From an archaeon (GTDB lineage: Archaea > SpSt-1190 > DYHY01), in assembly GCA_037442745.1 (NCBI GenBank), contig JBBIPP010000004.1:30090-94089 (forward strand): a DNA stretch of 64,000 nt, written 5' to 3'. This document shows positions 1 to 9,980 of this stretch, piece by piece; the stretch's first letter is position 1, and every line of letters starts with the position of its first letter. The notes beneath the pieces were generated by a model that worked only from the letters and a program-made list of their open reading frames with translations, was not told the DNA's origin and did not search any database. The position numbers and the translations under genes were made by a program.

Positions 1-982
1 TCGGGGTTGTTTTTATTTTCTCCTTGACATCGTCCGCCCGTTTTTTCCCGTTCATAAGTTCCTTGACGTTAGTCTCCATATATGCGAGGAACTTGTCGCA
101 CTTTTTCTTCACTTCAGCGACCTTGTCCGGGGACATGTCCTTTATTTCTCCGTGCTCAATTCCCTTGTGGAGCTTGATTATTTCATCAAGAATGTCCGGA
201 TATTCCGAAGGGAGCGTTCCGCTCTCAACGAAATATTTCCGCATTACTGGCGCAAGCTCAGGGACTTCTCCAGGAGGCATTCCGGATGCCATCAAATAGG
301 CGTTCGCAGACCAAGTTGCCGCCCTATACATCCTCTCAATTGCCCAGTTCATATAGTCAGTTACCTTGGTAAGGTATGATTTCGCTCCGTCAATGCTCTT
401 GAAAATAGCTTCATTGGATGGCTTTATTGCTCCTGAAACGAGAAGCCTGTTCATTGGCTTGTAGAACCCTCCATCATAAACAGGAATTCCGGTTCGGAGA
501 TAGTTGAAGAAAAGGGCATCGCCGTTCCGTATATAGTCCCAGAATTCGGTAAGAGTATGGAGCTGGATATGTATTTCCTTGTCAATCTGGGTTCCCAACT
601 CCTGCATCTGGTTATGGAGAGAGTCCCTGAGGGGCTGGTCAATTGGTTTGTCCGATTCAGTGTCGTCAATTATTACAAGAACGTCAATATCCGAGCCGAC
701 TGTATAGTTCCCGCGAGCGAACGAGCCGAAAACAACAACCGCTTTTACGTATTTCCCGAATTTTTCCCGAAGCTTTGCGGAATAGTCCTTTACTTTGTTC
801 ATTGCCCCTTTCAGAATTAATTGGCGCTTTTTTTTCGCTTTTTCAAGCTGGGCAGGACCAAGAGGTTTTTTTCCTCTCCCTGATTCAGGGTTTGTTTGGG
901 CAATTACCTTGTTTTCCTCATTCTCCTTGGACGTGTTTGGAACATTATTTGCATTGGCGTTATTTTCAAAAGATTCTGCCAT
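1..982 (-). CDS. Nucleotidyltransferase (MNT/pol-beta-like) fused to a HEPN-like helical domain; 3' end runs off the window
   Basis: Not in the ORF track. Manual translation from ATG 982: MAESFENN...KYVKAVVVFGSFARGNYTVGSDIDVLVIIDD...LTEFWDYIRNGDALFFNYLRTG...FYKPMNRLLVSGAIKPSNEAI...LHKGIEHG; frame open to position 2. Colinear paralog of 2098..3018. Confidence 0.85.
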   Translation of the reverse strand, partial: MAESFENNANANNVPNTSKENEENKVIAQTNPESGRGKKPLGPAQLEKAKKKRQLILKGAMNKVKDYSAKLREKFGKYVKAVVVFGSFARGNYTVGSDIDVLVIIDDTESDKPIDQPLRDSLHNQMQELGTQIDKEIHIQLHTLTEFWDYIRNGDALFFNYLRTGIPVYDGGFYKPMNRLLVSGAIKPSNEAIFKSIDGAKSYLTKVTDYMNWAIERMYRAATWSANAYLMASGMPPGEVPELAPVMRKYFVESGTLPSEYPDILDEIIKLHKGIEHGEIKDMSPDKVAEVKKKCDKFLAYMETNVKELMNGKKRADDVKEKIKTTP

Positions 983-1151
983 GATTTTCGCTTTTTTTCA
1001 AGCAAAAGGACTATTAAAGGGTTTCTCACAAAATAGGTCTTTTTGACGGCCAGTTAGTTAATTTTTCACTTATTAGTAGCAATGTTTAAAAGGTTCGAGT
1101 GCCTAGTTAGTATATCTCCCAAAACCAGACAATAGAAAAGAGGCGAATTGA

Positions 1152-2081
1152 ATGGCAAAAAAGGACGAGGCCGAAGAAAAGAAGCCAGATGTTTATTTTG
1201 ATGTCCTGACTTCCTTGGTTTCCGCCCCCGATCAAGGCCACGCAATTCTAAGTAAACAATATAGGTTCGACCATGAAACCGGAGAACAGATTCCTAGCGA
1301 GCTAGTGTTAGCGGTTTCCAAATATATTGCGAAGAAGACTGGCGGTATCAAGGAAACAATTGAGAAAATTCTTCCGACCCTTTGGGGAGTGGAGTTCTAC
1401 CAGCCAATAATTGAGGGCGCTCTTGCGCTTCAGACCCCTGAGCTGAAACAATTCGTCAATTCAGATGGCGTTCTTGACCGGGAGAAAGTTGTAGCGTTCC
1501 TGGCAACTGAGCAAGAAGAGGGCGAGAAAGTCGGAGTGGAAGCATACAAATTGGCGGGGAAGATTGAGTCAGCCGTTTCTGAACGGAAGACGGAAATTGA
1601 GAATAAGATTGCTTCTTTCCTGAAACAATATAAGGAAGCTGCACAAAAAGGCTATTCGGAGCTTACAAAGCTAGAGAAAGACTCGCCCGAATACAAGGCG
1701 CTCGAAGCCCGGCTCGGTAAAATGGAGGCGAATGCAGATTCTTATTTGTCCAACCTCAGACGTTCAATTGAAGCTCTCCAAGGGAGCGAAACAAAAGATG
1801 GAATCGGGGCAATGGAAGCGCGCTCAATAAAGTCTGTTGGAGAGGATATTATTGGCTCCGTAGTACGGGCAGGAAAAGCAAAATACGCCCTTGGAGAAAC
1901 TGTTACATATGCCGACGTTCTCGGACTCGGGCGCGAGTTAAAAAACATAATGAAAGTCTCAAAGAACATGCTGGCTGAAGCCAAAGACAAGATGACCAGA
2001 TATATGGACGAAGTAGTTTCCAAGGCGGACGCAGTTGTTGCGAATGCATCAAAATACAAGGCACCTGCCCTTGCTTATTAG
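1152..2081 (+). CDS. Hypothetical alpha-helical/coiled-coil protein (309 aa)
   Basis: Long ORF, SD-like GAGGCGA upstream, AT-rich promoter region, K/E/A-rich with no recognised motif. Confidence 0.8.
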   Translation: MAKKDEAEEKKPDVYFDVLTSLVSAPDQGHAILSKQYRFDHETGEQIPSELVLAVSKYIAKKTGGIKETIEKILPTLWGVEFYQPIIEGALALQTPELKQFVNSDGVLDREKVVAFLATEQEEGEKVGVEAYKLAGKIESAVSERKTEIENKIASFLKQYKEAAQKGYSELTKLEKDSPEYKALEARLGKMEANADSYLSNLRRSIEALQGSETKDGIGAMEARSIKSVGEDIIGSVVRAGKAKYALGETVTYADVLGLGRELKNIMKVSKNMLAEAKDKMTRYMDEVVSKADAVVANASKYKAPALAY

Positions 2082-2097
2082 ACAATATCCTCTTCGC

Positions 2098-3018
2098 TTA
2101 TTTCTTGAGAGCAGAATCGCAGACCGCGCCCATACTCTCGACCAATTTCCAGACGGAATCCTTCCAATAGCGGAGCTCTTCTGGCGAGACTTCCATTTTC
2201 TGGCGATGGACAATTGATTTCATCAGGTCAAAGATGCCTTTGTAAGTCTTCCTGTCCTCTTCAGTCCCGATTCCCGTTCTCTCCATTTCTTCAGAAATCT
2301 TGTCCGGGCTTGCAGGTGTCGAGCCTTTGGTCATCAGGGCGGAATGGGTTACCTCCACCGCCGCCCAATAGAGGCTTGTTGCGGCAACAGTTGTTGCGTT
2401 CGAATAGTCGTTCATATGGTAGAGCGCCCTGTTCCGGCCGAGCTCAATTGCCTCGTCAGTCGGCCTGATTTTTCCGTGCTTTAGGAGGAGCTTCATTGGG
2501 GCGAAGAAACCGGCGTCAACAATTGGAAGCCCGGTCCTCAGAATGTTTATTATCAATGGGTCCCCTCTTCTGACAGTGTCGAAGAACTCCGAAAGCGAGA
2601 CTGTCGTAACATGGAATTTCAGGGCAGATCCCTCTTTTCTTAAAATAGTCTCAAGCTCCCTGTTGTAGAATGCTATTATTTCCGGAGTGAGCTCAACCGA
2701 AGCATCGTCCAAAATTACCATTATGTCAATATCGCTTTTCTCGTTAATGTTCCCCCGGGCGAACGAGCCGAAAACTGCAATGCTCTTGATTAGTGAGCCG
2801 AACTCCTTTACAACCTTGAGGGAAAAGTCGTAGACAAGAGTTATCTCTTTCAATGCAACGTGCCGGAGGCCTTCTTCCGTTTTATGGGAGTCAAAGACGC
2901 TTTGCCTGTTGATTGCGTTCGGGATGTCGAAGGTCTTTTCGCCCGTTTTAACCTTGACAATTGTTGGAGTTTTCTTTTTCTTCGCGGGTTTCCTTGATTT
3001 CGGTTTGTTTTTTGCCAT
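2098..3018 (-). CDS. Nucleotidyltransferase (MNT) plus HEPN-like domain protein
   Basis: VFGSFARG-x5-SDIDIMVILDD NTase motif; C-terminal helical domain (YWAAVEVTHSAL...KSIVH) resembling a degenerate HEPN. Confidence 0.85.
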   Translation of the reverse strand: MAKNKPKSRKPAKKKKTPTIVKVKTGEKTFDIPNAINRQSVFDSHKTEEGLRHVALKEITLVYDFSLKVVKEFGSLIKSIAVFGSFARGNINEKSDIDIMVILDDASVELTPEIIAFYNRELETILRKEGSALKFHVTTVSLSEFFDTVRRGDPLIINILRTGLPIVDAGFFAPMKLLLKHGKIRPTDEAIELGRNRALYHMNDYSNATTVAATSLYWAAVEVTHSALMTKGSTPASPDKISEEMERTGIGTEEDRKTYKGIFDLMKSIVHRQKMEVSPEELRYWKDSVWKLVESMGAVCDSALKK

Positions 3019-3502
3019 TTTGACGAATTGCCTGCACCCACTATGTCAATTTGCTTAATATCCTTTTTCATTGGAGGCGGTGTTTTCGCAGGCAATCTGG
3101 TTGTTTGTTAAAAACTTTTTTTAAGCAATTTTCACCAATTTTCTAAACCTTTTTTGAATTGTTAATTAATGGGCGACGGCGATTTGGGGGATTATTGCTG
3201 GGACTAGGGATATTGATGAGGCGCCTAATTGACACGAAGAGGAGCGGGAGCTTAGCCAGTCGAACACAAGAAAAGGACGCCTGAGGAAGCAGACATATTA
3301 ACCGGAACAGGAGTATGAATCCTCTGTCAAAAGAGACACTAATGAAGAAGTGAAATTTACTGGCGGACCATATACGCTTGCCGAAAATTGTGCACGGAAA
3401 AGATATTCATATTTGCTTGACCTAGTAGAAACTCTGAAACTGGAATCGGCGGATTTGACCAGATAACCGCCCTAACCTGATACATTCCTTACGATTAGGC
3501 GC

Positions 3503-5590
3503 TCATTCTTTGTTCTTCATGCTGTATGTAAATGGCTGGCTCCCTCCCCAGATGTTTGTTCCGGGCATTTGGTGGGAAATTCCTCCCTGGTAGAGAGATG
3601 GCGATGCTAGCGTGCTGTAAGTCGCTCTGAATGGCTGAGCAAGCGATGGTCCGAACGAATAAAGGCTCTTTGAAATCATTCCGCTGTTCTGTGCCGCAAA
3701 TGATGCGAAATAGCTTCCGCCCGGGCTTCCTCCATATGCGGGGGTCGGAACGCCCGCATATCCGAGCTTTCTGATTAATTCCTCTTCCGCCCCTCCCTTG
3801 ACTCCCGGCATATTCACTGCCTGCAACGTGTCCAATGGAGCTCCCAAAAGAAGGGTTTCTATTCCGCCTTCAACATCCTTGATTCCCCCGCTCCCGGGCT
3901 CGAATGTCAACGGAACTCCCATTTCAACAAGCTTCTGGAGGAGTTCGGGGTTCTTCCTTGCAACATCGTCCTCAATTGAGCCGAACCCCTTGTGCCCGAA
4001 AATTGATGCAGTGGAACCTCCCCCGACAAGATGGACATGGCCAATCATACCTTCCTTGCCCATTTCCTTCAGTTCTTTGAGGAATTTTGTCGGGTCAGTC
4101 TGGCTTCCGATTGCAGCATGCTCGGTGTCGAACGTCATTTTGATGTGCTCTTCAGGGATTCCGTGCTTTTTGGCAACTTCCCTGAGAGCCTCTACCGCCT
4201 TTGCCATGTGCTCGGCTTTGTTGAAATATCCGGCAGCGTCAAGGACACCTGCCTCTGGATTCACGCCCCAGAGGTTCTCTGCTGAGAGGACAATTCCGTG
4301 CTTGGTCAGGTTCTCAAGGACTTCTTTGTTCCTGAAAACGTCGTCGAAGGTCTCCTTAAGGTTGTTCACCCACGATTCAGTTGCTCTTTTCGCGTCGGGA
4401 GCGGACGATACTCCTGTGAGGTCAATCTGCCTGTTTAAGGTCATTGCAATTGCGAAATTCATCCTTCTTGCAGCTTCTTGGCCAGCTCCGCTTGTTTTGA
4501 AGTTCTCTTTGTATGCTTCCCAGGCTTTTTTGTCCCCTCCGAACTGGGATTCGGATGCCATAAAAAGGTCCCTGTTAGGGTCGCCCATCCCGTCATATTC
4601 GAATTTTGAGTCAATAGTTGAGCCGTCCTTGTTTATCCGGCCCCCGGTTGCCATTGTCGCTACCTGCCATTTGGATTCCTTTCCGCGCTCGAGATCCTTG
4701 AGAGTTTCATCAACATCCCTGTTCTTGGCAAGCTCTTTTGCGTTCGCAATGAATCGCTCGAATTCCTCCTTGCTTGCGAGCTGTTGGAAGAAGGCAGACG
4801 CGCCCCTTCTCACGTTGTCGTTCGCGCTGGTTATGTAGGAGTTGGCGGCTGCAATTGCCTCCTGGCGTATTTTCTCGTCGTTTCTCTCGCCCTTGTTTAT
4901 AAGCTCAATTGCTTTTTTCAGGGCGTCAGTCCTTGCGCCCGTTGCCCCGAATTCCTGGGAATACATTGGGGCGGAAGCTGCATAGTGCTGGGTGAATTGC
5001 ATTGACTGGGCGTTATACATTATCCCGGCTTCAGTCTGGAGCTTTTCGTAAATTGGGGAATCTTTGCTTATCCCGTTCCTCTCGCACCATTTCGTGAATT
5101 CTGTCTTGTCCCGCATCATCAGGTGGGCCTGGACAGGGGTCGCCTGCCATGTGAACGGGTCCAAAAATGACGCACCTGAAAGATTTGCTGTCGGGTGAAA
5201 TGTGACATATTTAGCGCCCATTTCTTTCGCATATTTTATTGACTGCCTCATTATTTCCGCTGCTTCGATTCTTTGTCCCCAGGACTGACTTGAGAAATCG
5301 ACTTGGTAGGGCGCGTGCACCGAGAACTGGGCTCCGAATTCCGCCGCAATCTGCTTTGTTATCCTTTTCTGGGCTTCTGGAATCTGGCCGGGAAGGATTT
5401 TCTTGTTATATGCGTCTGCGAGGTCGAGCTCAACCCTTGTTAGCCCCCGTTCAAACGTCTGCCGAAGGCGCTCTCCCATTGGGAGGTTTTCCCAGCCTCC
5501 TCCAGTGGGAAGCGAGGTTCCCCTCTTTCCGATAAAAGGAAGAGAGCCTACGTTCTTTTCAGCAGTCATTTTTCTCAATATTTCCAACAT
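3503..5590 (-). CDS. Xylose-isomerase/AP-endonuclease-2 family TIM-barrel metalloprotein with a large helical insertion (alternative start ATG 5569)
   Basis: Ordered metal-ligand motifs RVELD, SVHAP, TFHP, AENL, FDTEH, HVHL, GHKG, TFEPG; roughly 280 aa inserted between FHP and AENL; Y/S/G-rich C-tail. Confidence 0.8.
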   Translation of the reverse strand: MLEILRKMTAEKNVGSLPFIGKRGTSLPTGGGWENLPMGERLRQTFERGLTRVELDLADAYNKKILPGQIPEAQKRITKQIAAEFGAQFSVHAPYQVDFSSQSWGQRIEAAEIMRQSIKYAKEMGAKYVTFHPTANLSGASFLDPFTWQATPVQAHLMMRDKTEFTKWCERNGISKDSPIYEKLQTEAGIMYNAQSMQFTQHYAASAPMYSQEFGATGARTDALKKAIELINKGERNDEKIRQEAIAAANSYITSANDNVRRGASAFFQQLASKEEFERFIANAKELAKNRDVDETLKDLERGKESKWQVATMATGGRINKDGSTIDSKFEYDGMGDPNRDLFMASESQFGGDKKAWEAYKENFKTSGAGQEAARRMNFAIAMTLNRQIDLTGVSSAPDAKRATESWVNNLKETFDDVFRNKEVLENLTKHGIVLSAENLWGVNPEAGVLDAAGYFNKAEHMAKAVEALREVAKKHGIPEEHIKMTFDTEHAAIGSQTDPTKFLKELKEMGKEGMIGHVHLVGGGSTASIFGHKGFGSIEDDVARKNPELLQKLVEMGVPLTFEPGSGGIKDVEGGIETLLLGAPLDTLQAVNMPGVKGGAEEELIRKLGYAGVPTPAYGGSPGGSYFASFAAQNSGMISKSLYSFGPSLAQPFRATYSTLASPSLYQGGISHQMPGTNIWGGSQPFTYSMKNKE

Positions 5591-5634
5591 CCCCTATATT
5601 TTAACCCTTTCCACGGGGAGAGAGAAAATTTTCC

Positions 5635-6279
5635 CTAAAAATTGGAATAGTTGCCCCTTTTCTCTTCGTCCTCGTCAGACCGCCCAAGGAGGCGCTTGAC
5701 AACAGTTTCAGCGCTAGTGTCAGTTCCGAACCGCACTTTTGCATAGTCGGGAGAATTCCCCCCGCCCGAATAGAGCCCGGACACCGCATCCCCGACAGAG
5801 GCATATGGATTGTCGCTTTTCATCTCATCGCTTTGCCTGTATCCTGAGAAAATCGTAGCAGTCTGAAGCTCGGCTTTCTGGGGATGCTCAATTGCCTGTG
5901 TTGGCTCGTTCATCACTGGGGAATATTTCCTGATTATTTCTCCCACAACCCCCTCCATTCCCTTCGGAGCCTGGGACATCAGGGCCTTTAATTTTTCAGA
6001 GCGGTTCTTCTCCCCACTCGCAAGAATTTCCCGAATCCGGAGGAAAATGAGATTTCTCATCCTTTCATCCTGGTCGTTCTCCCGCTCCTCTTCCTCTGTT
6101 GCTTTTGAAATGTCAGGGGAGAATATTTCGGATTGGTCAAGTTCTTTTTGCCTTTTTTTAATCCAGTCCGAGGAAGTTTTTTCCTCAAAATCCCCAAGGC
6201 TCCTCTCAAGCTCGTCTAATGCAAAAAGCTCGCGCTCCTTTTTCTGGCCGGGCTTTTTATTTTCGTCGCTTGAAGGCAT
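5635..6279 (-). CDS. Hypothetical acidic/charged protein, probably co-transcribed with the TIM-barrel gene
   Basis: 214-aa ORF, same strand and 44 bp upstream of 5590. Confidence 0.7.
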   Translation of the reverse strand: MPSSDENKKPGQKKERELFALDELERSLGDFEEKTSSDWIKKRQKELDQSEIFSPDISKATEEEERENDQDERMRNLIFLRIREILASGEKNRSEKLKALMSQAPKGMEGVVGEIIRKYSPVMNEPTQAIEHPQKAELQTATIFSGYRQSDEMKSDNPYASVGDAVSGLYSGGGNSPDYAKVRFGTDTSAETVVKRLLGRSDEDEEKRGNYSNF

Positions 6280-6322
6280 TATCGAGCCCTATTAGGGCAA
6301 ACTCCCTTATTATTCCTCCGTT

Positions 6323-6337
6323 GAAAAGTTTTATAAA
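6323..6337 (+). promoter_or_regulatory. BRE + TATA box of the 5S rRNA gene
   Basis: GAAAAG-TTTTATAAA ending about 20 nt upstream of the 5S 5' end. Confidence 0.7.
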
Positions 6338-6357
6338 CACTTGAAACGCATCCCAAA

Positions 6358-6476
6358 TGTCAGCGGCCAAAGGTTCCGGGCAAGACCCGTTCCCATCCCG
6401 AACACGGAAGTGAATCCGGAACGCGAATGTGGCTGTACTGCCCTTTGTGGCGGGAACCCACGTGCGTTGCTGACAC
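6358..6476 (+). rRNA. rrf: 5S rRNA (stand-alone)
   Basis: About 119 nt; terminal helix TGTCAGCG/CGTTGCTGACA; conserved CCCGTTCCCATCCCGAACACGGAAGT core. Confidence 0.93.
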
Positions 6477-6769
6477 TAAACCAGCTTCTCCTTTTTCAAA
6501 AAGTCCGTTTACGGGTCAAAAGAAAAATATGTGGGTTTTTCAAACCAGCGATTCTGCATTGTTATTGAATTGCTTTTTGTGGCGGCCGAGCCATCGGGCG
6601 AGGTCCGTACAGCAGTACGGAAAACCCACGTGCGTTGCTGACACTAAACCAGCTTCTCCTTTTTCAAAAAGTCCGTTTACGGGTCAAAAGAAAAATATGT
6701 GGGTTTTTCAAACCAGCGATTCTGCATTGTTATTGAATTGCTTTTTGTGGCGGCCGAGCCATCGGGCGA
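6455..6769. repeat. 147-bp direct repeat x2 (6455-6601, 6623-6769) including the last ~21 nt of the 5S rRNA
   Basis: Copies look identical by inspection; the 21-bp spacer contains the hairpin CCGTAC-AGCA-GTACGG. Confidence 0.95.
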
Positions 6770-6804
6770 AATTTTGAAAAAGAGAGTGCTTATTTTTCTT
6801 GCAT

Positions 6805-7639
6805 ATGAGTTTTACTTCATTTATTAAAGAGCCCGATGTAAAGGCGCATTTTTTCAAGACGTTTCCTCTTCCCGATGTTGATACTCCTTCTGAAGTAATG
6901 GCTCCTCCAGTAACTGCCAATTATAGTTCAGTAGGCACGCTTTTGACTATTTGTTAGGGTTTTATGTAAAAAGGAAAAATCCATCAGCCAAAACGCGTGA
7001 ATTGGTTGCCGAGTCCGCAATATCTAGAATAGAGGATGTTCAGTTAAAGTCAAAGTTGGCGAAGCGCATTGCCGAAGCTAAAAAACTTATTTGGATTATT
7101 TGAAAGAAGGGCGTCTCTCTGAACCAATCATACGCACCGCGATATATCTTGCAAAAATAGATCCTATATATAGGGCGAATTATATTGACTCGAAATTGGA
7201 TTCTATAGATGCTGGAGATGTCCAAGATTTAAAGAACCTAATTAATCTTGTCGCGGAAAGCCAATTCAGTTCAAAGAAACTATGTGTGCTAAATCCGACA
7301 TTCGGAAACGCCTCCAATTTGGTGGATGGCGCGGATGCAGATTTGATAATTGACTCGAATCTCATCGATATAAAGACAACGAAATTTATTCTACTGAATG
7401 AGCAAGATTATCATCAGCTGATAGGTTATTGCATTCTTTCAAATATCAGCGACGTTGATGGGGTAGGCAAAGTGAAAATAGATAGGCCGTCACTATACTT
7501 CTCTCGGGGCGGAACTTTTCTCTCTTTAAACGCGCGAACTTCAAAATCATTTATTTTGCATATTTCAAACAAAGAGTTCCGTGAGTTTGTCAAGTGGTTT
7601 GTTCATAGAGCGTCTAACCCGCCACAGTCGCGTCCTTGA
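6805..7639 (+). pseudogene. PD-(D/E)xK-type nuclease gene with two -1 frameshifts (~6939 and ~7088)
   Basis: Joined reading: MSFTSFIKEPDVK...NYSSVGT / AFDYLLGFYVKRKNP...AEAKK / YLDYLKEG...LNPTFG...GADADLIIDSNLIDIKTTK...QLIGY. The D..D-I-K and QLxxY nuclease motifs are present; the region is AT-rich. Confidence 0.7.
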
Positions 7640-7684
7640 TTTTACTCAAAAGGTTATTAAACCTCAAAATATGCCTCAATTGCA

Positions 7685-7975
7685 ATGGCAGGAAACGACG
7701 GGAAAATAAAGGCAAGCCACATATTGGTAGAAAAGCAGAGCAAGGCGCTCGAAATTCTGGGAATAATAAAGAACAAGCAAAAGACCTTCGAGCAGGCGGC
7801 GCAGGAATTCTCAAACTGCCCTTCGAAGAAGAGGGGCGGTGACTTGGGCTTTTTCGGAAGGGGTCAGATGGTAAAGGAATTCGATGAGGCAGCACGCATG
7901 CTACAAATAGGGCAGATAACGGAGCAACCCGTAAAGACCAGGTTTGGTTATCATCTGATAAAAAGAACGGCATAA
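7685..7975 (+). CDS. ppiC: Parvulin-type peptidyl-prolyl cis-trans isomerase
   Basis: ASHILV...FS.CPS..RGGDLGFFGRGQMVKEFD...VKTRFGYHLI. Confidence 0.95.
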   Translation: MAGNDGKIKASHILVEKQSKALEILGIIKNKQKTFEQAAQEFSNCPSKKRGGDLGFFGRGQMVKEFDEAARMLQIGQITEQPVKTRFGYHLIKRTA

Positions 7976-8097
7976 GTAAAAAATTGGCTCTTTTTTGGGC
8001 TCATCTTTTATTTTTCCTTATCTTATTACCTTTGGTAGGCCATTGTACTTAAAGTTTATATACTACTTAAAAGTAAATATAAACTAAGGCGAGTAAA

Positions 8098-8400
8098 ATG
8101 GTAACTGAACTTGTGCTGGGGGACAAACTGGTGGAATTCGAGGTTGGTTCAATTTCGGTTACGGAGGAGGAATTGCCTGACGGATTCAGGATTCACGAGG
8201 AAGGAAACACTCTGGGAGTCGACATTGAAAAGCACGGGGAAAAATTAAGATACACGACCCATTCCTGGGACGGGATAAAATTGAAGCTTGCAAAGGATAT
8301 TGTGGAAAGCGAGATTTTTTCAGCAGAACTCCGCCACAATTTCGCGGGTATTGGAAAGCGCTTGGCGGAAGAATTGGGTGAAATAGACTCTGCAACCTAA
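8098..8400 (+). CDS. Hypothetical protein (100 aa)
   Basis: TATA TTTATATA at ~8055, SD-like AAGGCGA, protein-like composition. Confidence 0.7.
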   Translation: MVTELVLGDKLVEFEVGSISVTEEELPDGFRIHEEGNTLGVDIEKHGEKLRYTTHSWDGIKLKLAKDIVESEIFSAELRHNFAGIGKRLAEELGEIDSAT

Positions 8401-8436
8401 CTATTTTAATCCGAACAGGCATTGATTTCTTCCCTG

Positions 8437-9123
8437 ATGGATTGCTCAATAGTAATTCCAGCCAAAAACGAAGGAGCGAATCTGTCGGCTCTTTTGCCAG
8501 TTCTTCGGGAGAGCTTCCCGGATGCGAATATATTTGTTGTCTGCCCATTGTCCGAGGTTCGCCCCCTCTCGAAAAAATTTCCATGGACGAAAATAATTCC
8601 ATGCGACTCCGGATTCGGCCCCTCTGTCCTTTTGGGTCTTTCCAAATGCAAACATTTTCCGGCAATCGTCCTAGATGCTGACTTGTCCCATTCCCCCATT
8701 GATGCTGGCGGACTGTTGCGGTTTTTCCGGAAAAAAAAGCTGGACATTGCAATTGGCTCCAGATACTGCCCCGGGGGGAAAATCTCCGGATGGAGCCATT
8801 TCAGGAAGTTCCTCTCGGAATCCGCGAACTCGTTCTCGAAAAAGCTTCTCAAGTCGGGTGTTTCCGACCTGACATCTGGCTTCCGGATATATTCAAGGAA
8901 AGCAGTTAATCGGCTTGTTCCTGCTGACAGAAAAAAGAGTTTCCCGATTGATGCCTATCCATTCCAGCTAGCTTCCCTCGCATTCCTTGAGCGGGGCGGG
9001 TTCAGAATAGGAGAATTCCCGATTGAATTCCGGGAGAGGATGTCCGGAACCTCGAAAACATTTTCCCTTCGGGCTCTCGCGTTGTTCTTCAAAAATCTTG
9101 TTTCCCTTGCGAGGAACCCCTAA
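8437..9123 (+). CDS. GT2 glycosyltransferase, polyprenol-phosphate mannosyltransferase (DPM1)-like
   Basis: SIVIPAKNE, LDADLSH, IGSRY..GG, DLTSGFR, EFPIEFRER..GTSK. Confidence 0.88.
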   Translation: MDCSIVIPAKNEGANLSALLPVLRESFPDANIFVVCPLSEVRPLSKKFPWTKIIPCDSGFGPSVLLGLSKCKHFPAIVLDADLSHSPIDAGGLLRFFRKKKLDIAIGSRYCPGGKISGWSHFRKFLSESANSFSKKLLKSGVSDLTSGFRIYSRKAVNRLVPADRKKSFPIDAYPFQLASLAFLERGGFRIGEFPIEFRERMSGTSKTFSLRALALFFKNLVSLARNP

Positions 9124-9980
9124 AAGGAAATCCTGTGCTTTTTTATTTCCCGGAATTTTCCGGAAAAAAGGAGGCTTTCCAATTCCTTTCTGTTCCTCCT
9201 AATTGCGCGGACAAGCTGCTTTTCCGTCAATAGTTTCCTTTCAATGAGAAAATCCGATATCGGGACGCCCTTTTTTTTAGAAAGCTTCCAAACCAATTCA
9301 GGATGCAAATAGCCCTCTTCAAAAGGGATTCCCATGACCTTTTCAACATACCCAACTAACCCGAGAATTACCATGTCGTCAGAATCGCTCTTAACCTTGG
9401 CCGAAAAGCATTCCCCAAAAGCTGCCGAGAACTTTTCGACCATTGTCTTTGGGGATAAGAAGAAATCAGGAATGTTCGTTTTCTCCCCGTCGCAACAGAG
9501 GTTAGATATCGGGATTGCGACTGGGACACCTTTCCTTATTGATGAGAATATCCCCAGTATTCCTCCCAAGGGAAATCTCCTGCATGTGAGTGGTCTCTCA
9601 TTGTGTATTCCGCAGAGTCCGTCCGCTCCGATAAAGGGGCAACTCGAATAATAGAAAAGCCACTTTGCAATTATTGGGGGTTGTTTTTTGTCCTTTGGAA
9701 TAATTGCAGTTCCCGGCTCGAATTTTCCCTGTAGGCCCAATTTTTCGAGGTTTTTCTCAAGGCCCTTTTTTTCCCAATCAAAAATCATTACTCCTTTCAG
9801 GCCCCTGCCAGGAAGGGTTCTGTAAAATGGGCCTGTATTTCCGCGGATTACTTCGAGTTCCCTCTCGCGGGATACTGCCAAATCCCGACAGCATTTTCCG
9901 CTCCGGTCGCATCTGAACGGAACCGGCTTTTGGAAATATGGCCCAAGAACCCTTTTTTCAAGGAATTCCCGAATACTCAA
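9120..9980 (-). CDS. YkgJ-family cysteine-cluster (Zn/Fe-chelating) protein
   Basis: FRCDRSGKCC...CPFI...LCGIH.ERPLTCRRFP. Confidence 0.8.
   Translation of the reverse strand: MSIREFLEKRVLGPYFQKPVPFRCDRSGKCCRDLAVSRERELEVIRGNTGPFYRTLPGRGLKGVMIFDWEKKGLEKNLEKLGLQGKFEPGTAIIPKDKKQPPIIAKWLFYYSSCPFIGADGLCGIHNERPLTCRRFPLGGILGIFSSIRKGVPVAIPISNLCCDGEKTNIPDFFLSPKTMVEKFSAAFGECFSAKVKSDSDDMVILGLVGYVEKVMGIPFEEGYLHPELVWKLSKKKGVPISDFLIERKLLTEKQLVRAIRRNRKELESLLFSGKFREIKKHRISF

Noticed and set aside
3169-3480. Possible sRNA or gene in the 3.1-3.5 kb gap (TTGATGA and ATGAAGA words)
   Set aside because: No properly spaced C/D box set or terminal stem; it looks like a stop-riddled ORF relic that I cannot assign.
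3798-4838. 346-aa plus-strand ORF (likewise 41334..42353, 37022..37678, 56691..57365)
   Set aside because: Antisense shadows of well-supported genes, S/F/P-rich with no motifs.
6341-6777. ORFs over the 5S region
   Set aside because: They translate the rRNA and the 147-bp duplication.
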